From: Candidatus Eiseniibacteriota bacterium
GTDB lineage: Bacteria > Eisenbacteria > RBG-16-71-46 > SZUA-252
Assembly: GCA_963703225.1 (NCBI GenBank)
Contig: OY969801.1
Location: forward strand, 480,001 to 544,000
Reading direction: 5' to 3'
DNA length: 64,000 nt
This document shows positions 1 to 14,541 of the stretch, piece after piece. The position numbers and the translations under genes were made by a program. The notes below the pieces were generated by a model. It was not told the origin of the DNA, ran no database searches, and saw only the letters and a program-made list of their open reading frames with translations. The stretch's first letter is position 1, and every line of letters starts with the position of its first letter.

Positions 1-169
1 GGGCCGTTTTGGTGGTCAAGCCGCGCGAATGGATCGCGCTGCGGGACATGGTATTTCGGTTCCTGGGCCGGGGGCGGTCCGGCGGCGCGCCGCAAGGATG
101 ACCTTTTCCAGCCGCCCGCCGCGTGGCATCATCATTGGCTTGACCCGAACGAAGATTCCACTCCCTTCC

Positions 170-1774
170 ATGGCCCCGATCTGGCTCGCCCTCATGGGGT
201 TCGCCGCATTCGGGATCGCCTCCTCCACTGCCTGGGCGGCCCCTGCCGCCCAGGTCGTCGGGGACACGCCGCTTTATCAGAGCGCGGAGGAGCGATCGGG
301 CGCCAGCGCGGCCGCTATCACGAACGATGCCCCGATTGAAGGGCGCGTCGACCCCGACACCTACAGGGTGGGGCCCGGGGACGAGTTCGCGCTCCGGTAC
401 TCGGATCTCCTCGACCCGAGGATTCTCCGCGTCGCCCCCTCGGGCGAACTCCTGCTCCCCGACGCGGGATCGGTGGCGGTCGCCGGGCTCTCCCTGCGTG
501 AGGCGGAGTCGCGCGTGCGCGAGGCCCTACGCCCCTATGTTCGCGGCAAGGGATTCGTGATCGCACTTCATCGCCCACGGCGCTTTCGCCTGCCAGTCCT
601 CGGAGATGTGAATCGCCCCGGCGTCGTCACGCTTCAAGCACCGGTCCGCGCATCGGAGGCGATCGAGGCAGCCGGCGGCGTGACCCCGACCGGAGCCCAG
701 CGGGGTATCGAGGTGCGCCGCGGCTCGGACACGCTCCGCGTCGACCTCGTGAGCTACGTGCGTGCCGGAGACTTGACTGCAAACCCGCTCGTCTTCGAGA
801 CCGACGTCATCTACGTGCCGGCCACTGGCCGGAGCGTGGAGATTGCGGGGGCGGTGGCGCACGCCGGGCGCTTTGATTTCTTGGAAGGGGACCGGTTGAC
901 CACGCTTGTGGCGTTGGGCGGCGGCCTTCTGCCGGAGGCGGCCCTGGACGAGGCCGCCCTCGTGCGATTTCGATCCGATGGCGCGCGCGAAGAGGTTTCT
1001 GTACAGCTCTCGGCGGCCATCGCCGCTCCCGGTGGTCCGGACGATCTGCGCCTTGCCGAGGGAGACCGTCTCTTTCTTCCCACGCGGTCTCATTGGCGCG
1101 AAGTTCCGTACGTCTGGGTCGAGGGAGAAGTCGCGAGGCCAGGACCCTATCCGATCGAGGAGGGGAGGGATCGGATCCGCTCGGTGCTCGAGCGCGCGGG
1201 GGGATACACCGATCTTGCCGACCGGGCCGCCGTGCGGGTGGAGCGCGAATTGGAGGAAGCGTATCCCGATACCGCGTTCCTCCGGCTCGCGCGCGAGCGG
1301 GATCAACTATTGAGTCAGGCGGATCGGTCGTACGTGATCATGAAGACGAGGGAGCGGGAGGCGCTTTCTGCGCCCGTGGGGGCGCTCCTTGAATCGGGTG
1401 ACTCGAGTGGAGACGTCCTGCTCCGCCGCCGCGATCGGATTGTTGTGCCGCTCCGGGTTTCGGTCGTCTCGGTGCAGGGGGAGGTACGCTCTCCGGGTCA
1501 CATACCCTACGAGGCGGACCGCAAGGCCGACGATTACATCAAAGCGGCCGGGGACTATACGTCTCGCGCCTACAAGAGCCGTGTCCGGATCACGCTCGCC
1601 GCGACGGGGCGGCAGGTCGGTGTGGACGAGACCAAGGCCATAATGCCCGGCGACATCGTCTGGGTGCCGGCCAAGCCCGAGCGCAATCCCTGGGGCACGA
1701 TCCGCGACATCATCGGCGTAACCGCGGCCGCGGCCGCCATCGTGCTCGCCGTCGAAGCGGTGAACCAACCGTGA
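170..1774 (+). CDS. Polysaccharide export protein with Poly_export and multiple SLBB domains (Wza/KpsD-like)
   Basis: Signal-peptide-like N-terminus from ATG170 (MAPIWLALMGFAAFG), YRVGPGD motif, repeated V.GEV..PG SLBB units, C-terminal helix; first gene of the glycan locus. Start is inferred (track ORF begins at 29). Confidence 0.85.
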   Translation: MAPIWLALMGFAAFGIASSTAWAAPAAQVVGDTPLYQSAEERSGASAAAITNDAPIEGRVDPDTYRVGPGDEFALRYSDLLDPRILRVAPSGELLLPDAGSVAVAGLSLREAESRVREALRPYVRGKGFVIALHRPRRFRLPVLGDVNRPGVVTLQAPVRASEAIEAAGGVTPTGAQRGIEVRRGSDTLRVDLVSYVRAGDLTANPLVFETDVIYVPATGRSVEIAGAVAHAGRFDFLEGDRLTTLVALGGGLLPEAALDEAALVRFRSDGAREEVSVQLSAAIAAPGGPDDLRLAEGDRLFLPTRSHWREVPYVWVEGEVARPGPYPIEEGRDRIRSVLERAGGYTDLADRAAVRVERELEEAYPDTAFLRLARERDQLLSQADRSYVIMKTREREALSAPVGALLESGDSSGDVLLRRRDRIVVPLRVSVVSVQGEVRSPGHIPYEADRKADDYIKAAGDYTSRAYKSRVRITLAATGRQVGVDETKAIMPGDIVWVPAKPERNPWGTIRDIIGVTAAAAAIVLAVEAVNQP

Positions 1775-1799
1775 TGGGGCCCAGCGAGGGGGGAGCGGC

Positions 1800-2852
1800 A
1801 TGAGTGGTCTGGCGGCAGGCGATCTTCTCCACGTCGCGCGGACCCGGGCGCGGTTTCTGATTCTCAACATCGCGATCACAACACTGGTCGCCCTGGGGGT
1901 GAGCCTTCTTCTTCCCAAGTGGTACGAAGCACGGGCCGTGCTCTTGCCGCCGACGGAGGAAGACAGCGGGTCGATGCTCTCACAGCTCATGCCTCGTGGA
2001 TTGGGCGCCATCCGCATGCCGGGGGCACCAACCATGTCGGACGTGTTCGTGGCCGTGCTGAAAAGCCGGTCCGTCGCGGACCGGATTGTGGAGCGATTCG
2101 ACCTGATCCATCGCTACAAGGCGCGCGACGAAGAGAAGGCGGCGAAGGAGTTGGAAGGGCACGTCAAGTTTCGTGTGGGGGACGAGGGGACCATCGCGAT
2201 CGTGGCGGAGGACCGGGACCCCAAGACCGCGGCCGCGATGGCGAACGCCTTCGTTGAGGAATTGGATCAATTCAATCTCCAGGCGCGCACCTCGAGCGCG
2301 AAACGGACCCGAGCGTTCATTGAGGACCGGCTTGACCTGGCGAAACAGGATCTCGCCGCCGCCGAGGACCAACTCAGGGAGTACCAGCAGAGCAAGAACC
2401 TTCCAGCGATCTCTCCGACGGCGGGCGGCGACTCCGACGTGGGCGCCCGGCTCATGGCGCAGAAGATCGCGCTGGAAGTGAAGCTCCAAGTACTTCGGGA
2501 GTCTCTCGCCGAAGACAGCGAAGAGGTCCGTCGAGTCCGTCAGGAGCTGGCAGCGATCGAGCGGCAGGTGGGCGGACTCCCGCGCGCGGGTGTCGAGATC
2601 ATGCGCCTCTGGCGCGACGTCAAGGTACAGGAGCAGGTCTTTGAGCTTCTCACCGCGCAGCTCGAGGAAGCCCGAATCCGCGAGACGCGCGACACACCGA
2701 CCGTGCAGGTTCTGGACGTCGCTAAGGTGCCGCTCTATAAATCGAAGCCGAAGCGGGCGCTGATCGTGCTCGCGGGATTCGTGGTCGGCCTGGCCGGGAG
2801 CCTTGCCTACGCGCTTCTGACAGAGCGGCGGCGCGCGATCCCGGTTCGTTGA
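1800..2852 (+). CDS. Wzz/GNVR-type polysaccharide chain-length determinant (no tyrosine kinase domain)
   Basis: Two TM helices around a long coiled coil, PKWYEA motif, C-terminal VQVLDVAKVP..KSKPKR motif. Confidence 0.85.
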   Translation: MSGLAAGDLLHVARTRARFLILNIAITTLVALGVSLLLPKWYEARAVLLPPTEEDSGSMLSQLMPRGLGAIRMPGAPTMSDVFVAVLKSRSVADRIVERFDLIHRYKARDEEKAAKELEGHVKFRVGDEGTIAIVAEDRDPKTAAAMANAFVEELDQFNLQARTSSAKRTRAFIEDRLDLAKQDLAAAEDQLREYQQSKNLPAISPTAGGDSDVGARLMAQKIALEVKLQVLRESLAEDSEEVRRVRQELAAIERQVGGLPRAGVEIMRLWRDVKVQEQVFELLTAQLEEARIRETRDTPTVQVLDVAKVPLYKSKPKRALIVLAGFVVGLAGSLAYALLTERRRAIPVR

Positions 2853-4210
2853 TCGCCGCGATCGTAGCGGCGGAACTGGGCCTTCTGGCGCTCGGCGCCG
2901 CGACCGGGCGATTCCTCGCCGCGGCGGCCTTGGCGGCGTCCGTCGCTTATTTCCTTGCCGCGTTCCGCTCTCCGAATGTCGCGTGGGCTCTGGTCTGGAT
3001 CGCATTTCCTTTTTCCATCGAAGTAACCCTCCCAGGCGGGAGCGCGATCAACCTCCCGACCGAGCCGATGATCGCGATCGCGATCGTGGCCTGGGCGCTG
3101 CGATCGATCATGATCGGCGAATTCCGCGTGCCACGGTCCTCGATGAACGCGCCGCTCGCAGTTCTCGCGGGCGTCGCGCTGATCTCGGTCGTGTTGAGCG
3201 CGTATATCGCGGTGGGGATGAAGGCCTGGCTCGTCGCGGCCGCGTACGCCGCGTTCGGGTACATCTTCTTCCTGTCCGCTCCGTGCCATCCGGCGCGCCG
3301 GGAGCGTTGGATCCGCTTGGTCGTCGCCACGGGGGCGCTTTGGGGACTCTATGGGACCATCCGCGCCTTCTCGCTGGGCGTAACTGCGCGATTGGCCTAT
3401 GGAATCGCGCGCCCGTTCTTCCCGGAGCACGGCACGTACGCGGCCTACCTCACAATGGTTCTCCCCTTGGCGCTCCTCCTGGCGATCGACCGGCGCGGCT
3501 GGGCGCGAGTCGGATATGCCATGGCCTCACTTCTCATCGGGCTCGGCGTCACGCTGTCGTTCACCCGGGCCGGGTGGGTCTCGCTCCTGGCCATCCCCGT
3601 GATGGCCGTTGTCTGGGCGCGCGGTCGAACCGCGTGGCGCAGTCTGGGTTTGCCCGCACTGTTGGCGGGCGTGATTCTCGCGGTCGTCCTGGCGGTGGGC
3701 GCCGGGCGCCACCTGTCCCGGCACGCCGAGTCGGTCGTGGAGGTCGAGAACGTCTCCAACCTCGAACGAGTGAATCGTTGGATGGCGGCCTGGGAAATGA
3801 CGAAGGATCACCCTTGGATCGGAGTGGGGTACGGCGCATACGCGCCGGCCTATCCGAAGTATCGACGGAAGTTGATCGTCACGGAGTCGGCCTACCAATA
3901 CATGGGGGCGCACAGCGAACCTCTGCGCATGCTCTCGGAGACGGGCGTCCTCGGGCTAGGCGCGTCCCTATGGTTCCTGTGGGCGGCCGCGCGCACCGGG
4001 GTGCGTACCTTTCGGTCGTCCCCCGACCCGGGCGCGAGGCTTCTCTCGCTCGCGGTCCTGTCGGGCCTTGCGACCTACGCGCTGCACGGCGTGTTCAATT
4101 CCTATCTCGGGTACGACAAAGTGACGGTGCCCTTCTGGCTCGGGCTTGGAGCTCTCGCGGCGCTGGGGGCGCGGTCCCGGGCGCCGGACGTCGAGAGCCG
4201 GATCACCTAG
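2849..4210 (+). CDS. O-antigen ligase/Wzy polymerase family protein
   Basis: About 11-12 TM segments, SFTRAGW, SNLERVNRW, HPWIGVGYG and AHSE..RMLSETG motifs. Confidence 0.85.
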   Translation: MIAAIVAAELGLLALGAATGRFLAAAALAASVAYFLAAFRSPNVAWALVWIAFPFSIEVTLPGGSAINLPTEPMIAIAIVAWALRSIMIGEFRVPRSSMNAPLAVLAGVALISVVLSAYIAVGMKAWLVAAAYAAFGYIFFLSAPCHPARRERWIRLVVATGALWGLYGTIRAFSLGVTARLAYGIARPFFPEHGTYAAYLTMVLPLALLLAIDRRGWARVGYAMASLLIGLGVTLSFTRAGWVSLLAIPVMAVVWARGRTAWRSLGLPALLAGVILAVVLAVGAGRHLSRHAESVVEVENVSNLERVNRWMAAWEMTKDHPWIGVGYGAYAPAYPKYRRKLIVTESAYQYMGAHSEPLRMLSETGVLGLGASLWFLWAAARTGVRTFRSSPDPGARLLSLAVLSGLATYALHGVFNSYLGYDKVTVPFWLGLGALAALGARSRAPDVESRIT

Positions 4211-4277
4211 GTCCGTTGTGGCGCGATGCTCGAGAGCACTGTGCTTCGGTTTCCGCCCTTCCGCGCACGGATTGCTA

Positions 4278-5256
4278 TCATGATCGCGCGGGTGGGCGTC
4301 GGAGAAACCCGCGCACGAGGGCCGTCGTTAGCGCGAAGGGGACGACGAGACAAATGGGGAGCCGGAGCAGGTTGAATCCCCATTTGGCCCATATCGGTAG
4401 AAACGCGGCGACGGCGACGAGGGTGAACGCGGTCGCGAGTCCCTGATCCTGGACGAGCAGCGCAAGCAGCACCGCCCCTAGAGCGATCACGTAGGCGAAA
4501 CAGGCGCGCACGAAGAGCCGGCGGAGAGCGAACGGCCCGACCCGTAGGATTTCGATTCGCTCCCGGAAACGGTCCGGGTGGCGTGCGATGAGGAGCGCGT
4601 CCATCTCGTAGCGCCCGGCCCAACGAAGGGGATCCAGGTAGCCCGAATGCTCGAGTGGGTGGGTGACCGCAGCCGAGGATTCCCTCGCCGTCCGCGCGCC
4701 CCTCTCCTCGAGCGAAAATCCGAAATCGGAGTCTTCACGGAAGTAGATCCCACGCTTCGGGTCGAAGAAGTCCTCGCAATATCCGCCCACGCTCTCGAAG
4801 AGCGAGCGCCGCACGAAGAGATTTGTCGGAAGGTAGTGAAGATGCTCGAGGTCGGGCCGCCGCGTCGGACGGCCGTCGGGGCGAACGGTCGCGCCTTCCA
4901 ACACGTCGATCGACGGGTCGCGCCGGAGGTGGGCGTCCGCGGACTCGAGCCAATCGCACGCCGGCCACGCAGTCGTCTTCGGTGAATGCCAGGAAATCCC
5001 CTCCGGCCTCGCGCGCGGCGCGGTTTCGCGCGGCCCCGGGCCCGCGCCGCTCGGTAGAGACGATCGCGCGCGCCCCCATCGCCGAGAGACTGCCGCGAAG
5101 CTCCGGGCCCGGCGAGGCGCCGTCGAACGAGACCAGGATCTCGATGCGATCGCGCGGCAGGGTTTGGCTGGCGAGGGATTCGAGGAGCGGGAGGAGTTTG
5201 GCGGCGTTGCCGCGAGTGGGGACGATGACGGAGAAGCGCGGTGCTTGCTCGCTCAT
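4278..5256 (-). CDS. Glycosyltransferase family 2, split by one frameshift near 4965
   Basis: N-half FSVIVPTR...GPGAARN...AFTEDDC (ORF 4735..5256) continues in another frame with TNLFVRR, REDSDF and a TM tail (ORF 4278..4904). Confidence 0.8.
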
Positions 5257-5278
5257 GCCCGCCGCCAGGACGGTGGGC

Positions 5279-8717
<3,439 letters not shown>

Positions 8718-8721
<4 letters not shown>

Positions 8722-9884
8722 GCGAGTACTTCCTCCTCTTCTGCTCCGCGCTCGTGTCGCGTCTGGTCAACCTCCTTGGGCGATTCCGCGGAGCGCGCCC
8801 CGAGCGCGTTCTCGTGGTGAGGCTGGACCACGTCGGCGACGTTCTCCTTGCCACGCCGGCCCTTCGCGCCCTCCACGACGGCCTCCCGGAAGCACCGATC
8901 GACGTCTTGGTCGCGTCCGGGTCGAGCGCCGTGCTCGAGGGGAATCGTTCCGTGAATCAGCTGATTCACTACGATTCGGGTCGCTACCGGCGCGGCGGCC
9001 GAGCGTCGGAATCCGTCGGCGACGGAAGGCCACGGAGGCGAGGTGCCCTCTCGGCCGTGCGCGAGGTCGCCCGCGGAAACTACACCACCATCGTCGAGCT
9101 GCGCGGCGACTGGTGGACGCTGCTCCTTCCATTTCTCTCGGGGGCCAGCCGGCGGGTCGATCGCGGGAGCGTTCGGATAGGGCAGTGGTTCGCGCGGCGG
9201 ATTGCCGGCGCGGGCCAGGTGCGGGGCTCGCTTCACGAGGTCGAGACCAATCTCGAGGTCGTGCGTCCCCTTCTCAAAGGAGCCACGCACGCGCGGCCGA
9301 CAACGGAGGTCGCCGTCGCGCAGACCGCGCGCGACTCGCTGGCCGAGAAGCTCGCCTCGGTCGGCGTGGAGAAGGCCGCGCCGTGGGTTTGCATCCACCC
9401 AGGGGCATCGTGGAAGCCGCGGGCCTGGAGGGCGGAGCGCTTCGCCGACATTGCCGATTGGATTCAAGAGCACTATCATGCGCAGGTCTTGGTTGTCGGC
9501 TCGGCCGACGAGCGGGACCTGGAAGCTGCGGTGCGAGCGAAGGTGAAGGGGCGTGGCGCCTTCTGGCTGGCCGGTGCGCTCACGTGGGCCGAGTTGGCGG
9601 CGCTCTTCGAGAAGGCCCGGCTCTTCATCGGCAACGACAGCGGCCCCGCGCACTTGGCCGCGGCGTGCGGGACCCCGTCGGTTGTGCTGTTCGGACCCCA
9701 GGAGCCGGGCCGCTTCCGTCCGTGGTCGGCGCGGAGCGTCGTCCTCCACCATCGCGTGCACTGCTGTCCCTGCCGCCAGACCGTGTGCGTGCACCCCGAG
9801 AATCCATGCGTGAATCTGATCGAGGTCGGCGAAGTTCAGAACCACGTGCGTCAGCTACTCGGCCCGCCGGAGTCGTTCCGGTGA
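8718..9884 (+). CDS. Glycosyltransferase family 9 (ADP-heptose:LPS heptosyltransferase-like)
   Basis: VRLDHVGDVLL.TP, IHPGASW..RAW, FIGNDSGPAHLAAA, C-terminal Cys cluster. Confidence 0.9.
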
Positions 9885-9902
9885 CGCCCGAGTAGCGCCA
9901 TC

Positions 9903-11300
9903 ATGTTCGCCCGCCACCGCCAGCTCTTCCTGACCGGTATCTTCCTTCTCGACGGGTGCCTGCTCCTTGGTTCCTGGGTCGCGGCCTACTGGGTCCGATT
10001 CCGCTGGTTCCATCTGCCGGCGCCGCTCGGGATCCCGCCGCTCGAACGGTACCTCCTGTTCGGCGCGGTCGTGACGCCGTTGGCCCTTTTGATCCTCCGG
10101 TCCTTCCACCTCTACCGCTCCGCGCGCACGGCCCGGCTCTCGCAGGAGCTCTGGACGCTGGTCCAGGGAATCGCCATCGTGACCGCGCTCGCGGCGCTCG
10201 CTTCCTATTTCGTGCGGGGCGAGCTGGCGCGCTCGGTTCTCCTCCTCTTCGCGATCTTCGCCGCCGTCTCGCTCTGCGTCGCACACCTCGGGATCCGGAT
10301 CGCACTCCGTGCGGTCCGCCGCCGGGGCCGGAATCTTCGCCACGTGCTCATTGTGGGAACCGGCGATCTCGCGGAGCGGATCGCGCGAAAGATGACGTCG
10401 CAATCGGACTACGGTTTCGCGGTGGCGGGAATCGTGAGCGCCACGCCAGCCGCGGCGGGGAAGACGGTGGCCGGGTTGCCGGTCATCGGCTCGGTGTCGG
10501 ACTTGCCGGTGCTCGTCGAGCGGACCGGCGCGGAGCTGGTCTACCTCGCTCTGGCCCGGACCGAATACGAGGCAGAGCTCGAGGCACTCGAGCGGCTCGG
10601 CGATTCCACCGCCGCCGTTCGCTTGGTTCCCGACCTCGCCCGCGCGTTCACATTGAACGCCAGCGTCGAGGACTTCGACGGCACGCCGGTGGTGCTGGTC
10701 ACCGAGACCCCGGAACAGGGATGGAACTTGGTCGTGAAGCGTGGCTTCGACCTTGTCTTCTCCGCGCTGGGACTCCTGCTCCTGTCCCCGGTCCTCCTCG
10801 CGATCGGGATCTGGGTGAAGCTCGATTCGCCCGGGCCGGTTTTCTATTCGCAAGAGCGCGTGGGCGTGAACGGGAGGAGGTTTCGCATGCTCAAGTTTCG
10901 AACGATGCGGACCGACGCGGAGGCCGCGGGGCCCCAATGGAGCCGCCCGTCGGACCCACGGCGGACCCGGGCGGGTGCCGTCCTTCGCCGCCTCTCCATC
11001 GATGAGGTCCCGCAGCTCTGGAACGTGCTGGTCGGCCACATGAGCCTGGTCGGTCCGCGCCCGGAGCAGCCGGTCTTCGTCGATCGCTTCCGGGCGTCGA
11101 TCCCACGGTACATGCTCCGCCACCATGTGAAGTCGGGAATCACCGGATGGGCCCAAGTGAATGGCCTCCGGGGCGACACGCCGCTTGAGCGCCGGATCGA
11201 ATTCGATCTCTACTACATCGAGAATTGGTCGATGGCGTTCGACATGAAGATTCTCTTCTTGACCTTCCTGCGCGTCTTCCGTGACGCGAGCGCGGCCTGA
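9903..11300 (+). CDS. Undecaprenyl-phosphate glucose phosphotransferase (WcaJ/WbaP family)
   Basis: 4 N-terminal TMs, CoA-binding-like region, KRGFD, KFRTM, SIDEVPQLWNVL.G.MSLVGPRPE, GITGWAQVNG, DLYYIENWS. Confidence 0.92.
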   Translation: MFARHRQLFLTGIFLLDGCLLLGSWVAAYWVRFRWFHLPAPLGIPPLERYLLFGAVVTPLALLILRSFHLYRSARTARLSQELWTLVQGIAIVTALAALASYFVRGELARSVLLLFAIFAAVSLCVAHLGIRIALRAVRRRGRNLRHVLIVGTGDLAERIARKMTSQSDYGFAVAGIVSATPAAAGKTVAGLPVIGSVSDLPVLVERTGAELVYLALARTEYEAELEALERLGDSTAAVRLVPDLARAFTLNASVEDFDGTPVVLVTETPEQGWNLVVKRGFDLVFSALGLLLLSPVLLAIGIWVKLDSPGPVFYSQERVGVNGRRFRMLKFRTMRTDAEAAGPQWSRPSDPRRTRAGAVLRRLSIDEVPQLWNVLVGHMSLVGPRPEQPVFVDRFRASIPRYMLRHHVKSGITGWAQVNGLRGDTPLERRIEFDLYYIENWSMAFDMKILFLTFLRVFRDASAA

Positions 11301-11394
11301 GCGCGAGCAGGCGCCGAGGCGCGAAATTGTTGAAGACGACCGAGGGAACGAAAGCACAGAGGTGTCGGGCCGCTGACTCGGGCCCTTGCCCATC

Positions 11395-12162
11395 ATGACG
11401 CGCCGTCTCTCGGTCGTGATCCCCACCCAGAACAACGAGAGGACGCTCCCCGCCGCACTCGCGAGCGTCGCTTTCGCTGACGAAATCATCGTGCTGGACT
11501 CGGGGAGCGTCGACCGGACTCGTGAGATCGCGCTTGGTGCCGGGGCCCGGGTCGTCGAGCGCCTCTACCGGAGTGACGGCGACCAGCGGAACGCGGGATG
11601 GGCGGACGCGACCAGCGCGTGGGTGCTCGCACTCGACAGCGATGAGGTGTTGGATCCGATTCTCGCCGAGGCCATGCGGGATCTCGTGGCGAGAGATCCA
11701 AGAGAGGGAGAGCCGGTCGCGTATGCGGTCCGGTTTCGGACCTACTTCTTGGGCTTCCCACTCGATCACGGTGGACTCGACCGTGACGAACACGTTCGCC
11801 TGGGGACCCGTGAGTGCACGCGGTGGGAATCCACGCTCCACTCTCACATGCTTGTGGACGGCCCGATCGGCCGGCTACCGGGAGTCGTCCATCACTTCAC
11901 AGGAACGGAGCTGTCCGAGCGACTGCGGAAGCTCGCCGCGTACGCAGCCGACCGTGCGGAGCAGATGCGAGCCGAGGGCGTGCGCCCCTCGATGTCACGC
12001 GCGCTCTGGCGGACGCTGCGATTCCTCCTCGGCCGCTTCGTAATCCGTGGCGGGTGGCGAGACGGCCTACCAGGTGCGGTATGGTGGTGGCTGCAATCGA
12101 CCGAGATCCTGCTCGCGCATCTTCTGCTGTACCGGCGAACGCGGCCGGGAGGCGGCTCCTAG
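11395..12162 (+). CDS. Glycosyltransferase family 2 (WaaE/KdtX-like)
   Basis: LSVVIPTQN, DSGSVDRT, QRN, WVLALDSDE, GGWRDG motifs. Confidence 0.85.
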   Translation: MTRRLSVVIPTQNNERTLPAALASVAFADEIIVLDSGSVDRTREIALGAGARVVERLYRSDGDQRNAGWADATSAWVLALDSDEVLDPILAEAMRDLVARDPREGEPVAYAVRFRTYFLGFPLDHGGLDRDEHVRLGTRECTRWESTLHSHMLVDGPIGRLPGVVHHFTGTELSERLRKLAAYAADRAEQMRAEGVRPSMSRALWRTLRFLLGRFVIRGGWRDGLPGAVWWWLQSTEILLAHLLLYRRTRPGGGS

Positions 12163-12215
12163 CGCCCATCAAGAGGCGCTTTCCAGCGGCTGGCCGCCGT
12201 AGTCGGAGAATACGC

Positions 12216-13577
12216 TCAGCCGGCGACCCACCTCGCTAGGGCCGCCAGCGCCAACGCGGCAACGCCAACGAGTGCGACGTCCCGCCCCGTCAACGTCACC
12301 CCCGCCCGGCTCATCGCGATTCCGCCGAAGCAGAGCGTGAGGAAGCCGGAGCCTGCGTACGCGAAGGGGAGCGCCATCGGCCCGAGCGCCGAAGTGGAGA
12401 GGGCCGCGTAGCACACGGCGAGTCCCGCCGAAGGGGCCAATGCGATCGGGAGCCAAAGCCTCGGGCCGGCCAGAGGGAGGGCGCCTACGGCCCAGATGTT
12501 CATGCCGACCCTGCAGAATTCGCCCCATAGCGCCCACGCCATCAGTGGGCGAGCGGGGTCGAAGCGGCTGGAGTAAAGGAGGTGGAGGAGCGGCGTCGAC
12601 GCGATCATCGCCGTTGCGAACGCAAGCGCCGCGAGGACGATGAGGGGGCTCCAGTGGCGCCGCGTGTACGCCCGGATCTCGACGGCTCCGCTCGCCGCGC
12701 TCACCTTGCCGAACGCGTAATTCGAGAGGTAGGCGTAGAAGAGCGTCCCGACCTGTTGGGAGAGGGCGAGCGCCGCCTGCAAGAGGCCGTTCGCAGCCAC
12801 GCCGTGCCGGCCGAGGTAGTGCGAGCGGACGGTCACCATCACGCCGAGGTCAACCAGGGAAAGTGCCACCGCCGCCGCTCCCACGGCGACAAGCGAGCGT
12901 GCGAGCCTCCAGTCAAGGGGCGGCCGCGGCATGGGAACGAAGGCGTCCGCGTAGGCCCGCCTGTGGAACAGGATGACGCCGAGGATCCCTGCGGGCGCGA
13001 GGGCAGCGACTCCGATCGCCGCGCCGGCGAGGCCCCACGCGGGGACGAGCACGATCGTCGCCAGAAGCGCAGCCACCCCTCCCGAGAGCGCCAGCGTCAC
13101 ATTGGCCTTGAGATCGGAACGGCCGACGAAGAGTCCGTACAGGAGCCCTTGGAGCGCGATCCCCGCCGCGCCCACGGCGGCGATCCGAACGAGGAGCGCG
13201 TGTCTGGGCGTCCCGAGGAGCGCGACGCTGATCGGCGACGCGAAGATGAGTCCCACCGCTGCGACGGCCGTCGTGCCCAGCCCCACCAGCGAGAGCGCGG
13301 TCCAAACGGTACGCCGCGCCGAAGCCTCGTCGCCCGATCCCTGCGCCGCGCCCACCGCGCGGCCGACGGGTAGACCCAGGCCCATTCCGCCCAGAGCGCC
13401 GAGCCACATCTGCGCCGAGCTGGTCTGCGCCAGCACGCCGAGGCCAGCGGTGTGGAGGTGGATCGCGATCCATTTGTTCCGGACGATTCCGAGCAGCGCG
13501 CCCGAGATGGTGGCGCTCGATCCCATCGCGAAACGGAGGGATCGATCCTTCCAGAGAGCGGATCGGGAGACGGACAT
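12216..13577 (-). CDS. Wzx-type flippase (MOP superfamily)
   Basis: About 12 TMs, RNKWIAIHL..AGLG, PLLHLLYSSRF motifs resembling WzxE-type translocases. Confidence 0.75.
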   Translation of the reverse strand: MSVSRSALWKDRSLRFAMGSSATISGALLGIVRNKWIAIHLHTAGLGVLAQTSSAQMWLGALGGMGLGLPVGRAVGAAQGSGDEASARRTVWTALSLVGLGTTAVAAVGLIFASPISVALLGTPRHALLVRIAAVGAAGIALQGLLYGLFVGRSDLKANVTLALSGGVAALLATIVLVPAWGLAGAAIGVAALAPAGILGVILFHRRAYADAFVPMPRPPLDWRLARSLVAVGAAAVALSLVDLGVMVTVRSHYLGRHGVAANGLLQAALALSQQVGTLFYAYLSNYAFGKVSAASGAVEIRAYTRRHWSPLIVLAALAFATAMIASTPLLHLLYSSRFDPARPLMAWALWGEFCRVGMNIWAVGALPLAGPRLWLPIALAPSAGLAVCYAALSTSALGPMALPFAYAGSGFLTLCFGGIAMSRAGVTLTGRDVALVGVAALALAALARWVAG

Positions 13578-13585
13578 GGAACGCG

Positions 13586-13614
13586 AGTGTCGGCCAGGGC
13601 TGCGCGGGTGTCAA
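13586..13614 (-). promoter_or_regulatory. sigma70-type promoter, apparently leaderless, for the flippase
   Basis: Minus strand TTGACA-17 bp-GACACT ending 8 nt before ATG13577. Confidence 0.6.
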
Positions 13615-13684
13615 TCGAGCCAGGAGTCCTGGGTCGACGTCGCACGCCTTGATCGTGGAGGGCTGTCTGGCGGATGATGGACGG

Positions 13685-14509
13685 ATGGTCGACCCCAGCA
13701 CCGCTCCCGGCGTGTCCGTGATCACCGTCGTGAAAGACGGCGCCGACGCGATCGCGGGCACCATCGAAAGCGTCCAGAAGCAAACCCACCGGCCCCTGGA
13801 GCACGTGATCATCGACGGCGGCTCGACCGACGGCACGCTCGACGTCATCCAGCGCTTTGGGAATCGCGTGCGCTGGATCAGCGAGCCCGACCGGGGCCTC
13901 TACGATGCGATGAACAAGGGAATCGCGCTCATCGATTCCTCCGAGCGGTACCTGATCTTCCTCAACGCCGACGATTCCTTTCACTCGCCGGACGCCGTCG
14001 GCCAGATGTTCGCGCGCTCGGGCGGCGAGGATTTTCTCTACGGACGCCTCGAGCGCTTGGATGAGGCTCACGACGATCGCGACGTGATCGGCAGCGCCGT
14101 CTCCTCACGCGATCTCCTCTACGGAATGCGGTGCCACCACCAGACGATCCTCTGCCGGAGGAGCGTCTTCGACCGGATTGGCGGATTTCGCCTCGAGTAT
14201 CGGGTCGCCGCCGACTACGACTGGGTGGTGCGAGCGTTTCAATCTCCCGCGATCAGCCGGCGATTCGTCCCGGTCGTGGTCGCCACGATGCGACGGGGCG
14301 GATTCAGCGAGCGCGGATACCTGGAGGGGATCCGGGAGCGCCGGGCAATCGTTCGCGCATCCTATTCTCGTGCGGATGCTGCGCGGTTCATGGCGTATTC
14401 GATTTATGGGGACTACCTCCGGTGGGGGCTACAGCGGGTTCTACGCCCCCTCGGACTCATCCCGTTGGCCCGCCGGCTCAAACGGCTGGCCGACGACCAC
14501 GGCACGTAG
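13685..14509 (+). CDS. Glycosyltransferase family 2 (WcaE-like)
   Basis: VSVITVVK, IIDGGSTDGT, SEPDRGLYDAMNKG, FLNADD, ADYDW. Confidence 0.9.
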   Translation: MVDPSTAPGVSVITVVKDGADAIAGTIESVQKQTHRPLEHVIIDGGSTDGTLDVIQRFGNRVRWISEPDRGLYDAMNKGIALIDSSERYLIFLNADDSFHSPDAVGQMFARSGGEDFLYGRLERLDEAHDDRDVIGSAVSSRDLLYGMRCHHQTILCRRSVFDRIGGFRLEYRVAADYDWVVRAFQSPAISRRFVPVVVATMRRGGFSERGYLEGIRERRAIVRASYSRADAARFMAYSIYGDYLRWGLQRVLRPLGLIPLARRLKRLADDHGT

Positions 14510-14541
14510 CGCAACCATTCGATCGGATTGGATTCCAGGGA

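Noticed and set aside
1..49. Possible 5' end of a minus-strand gene at the window edge (MSRSAIHSRGLTTKTA)
   Set aside because: Too short to support as coding.
9855..11489. Long antisense ORFs (also 16150..17913, 24307..26133, 53179..55308 and others)
   Set aside because: Stop-poor shadow frames expected in ~70% GC DNA; they lack motifs and lie opposite well-supported genes.
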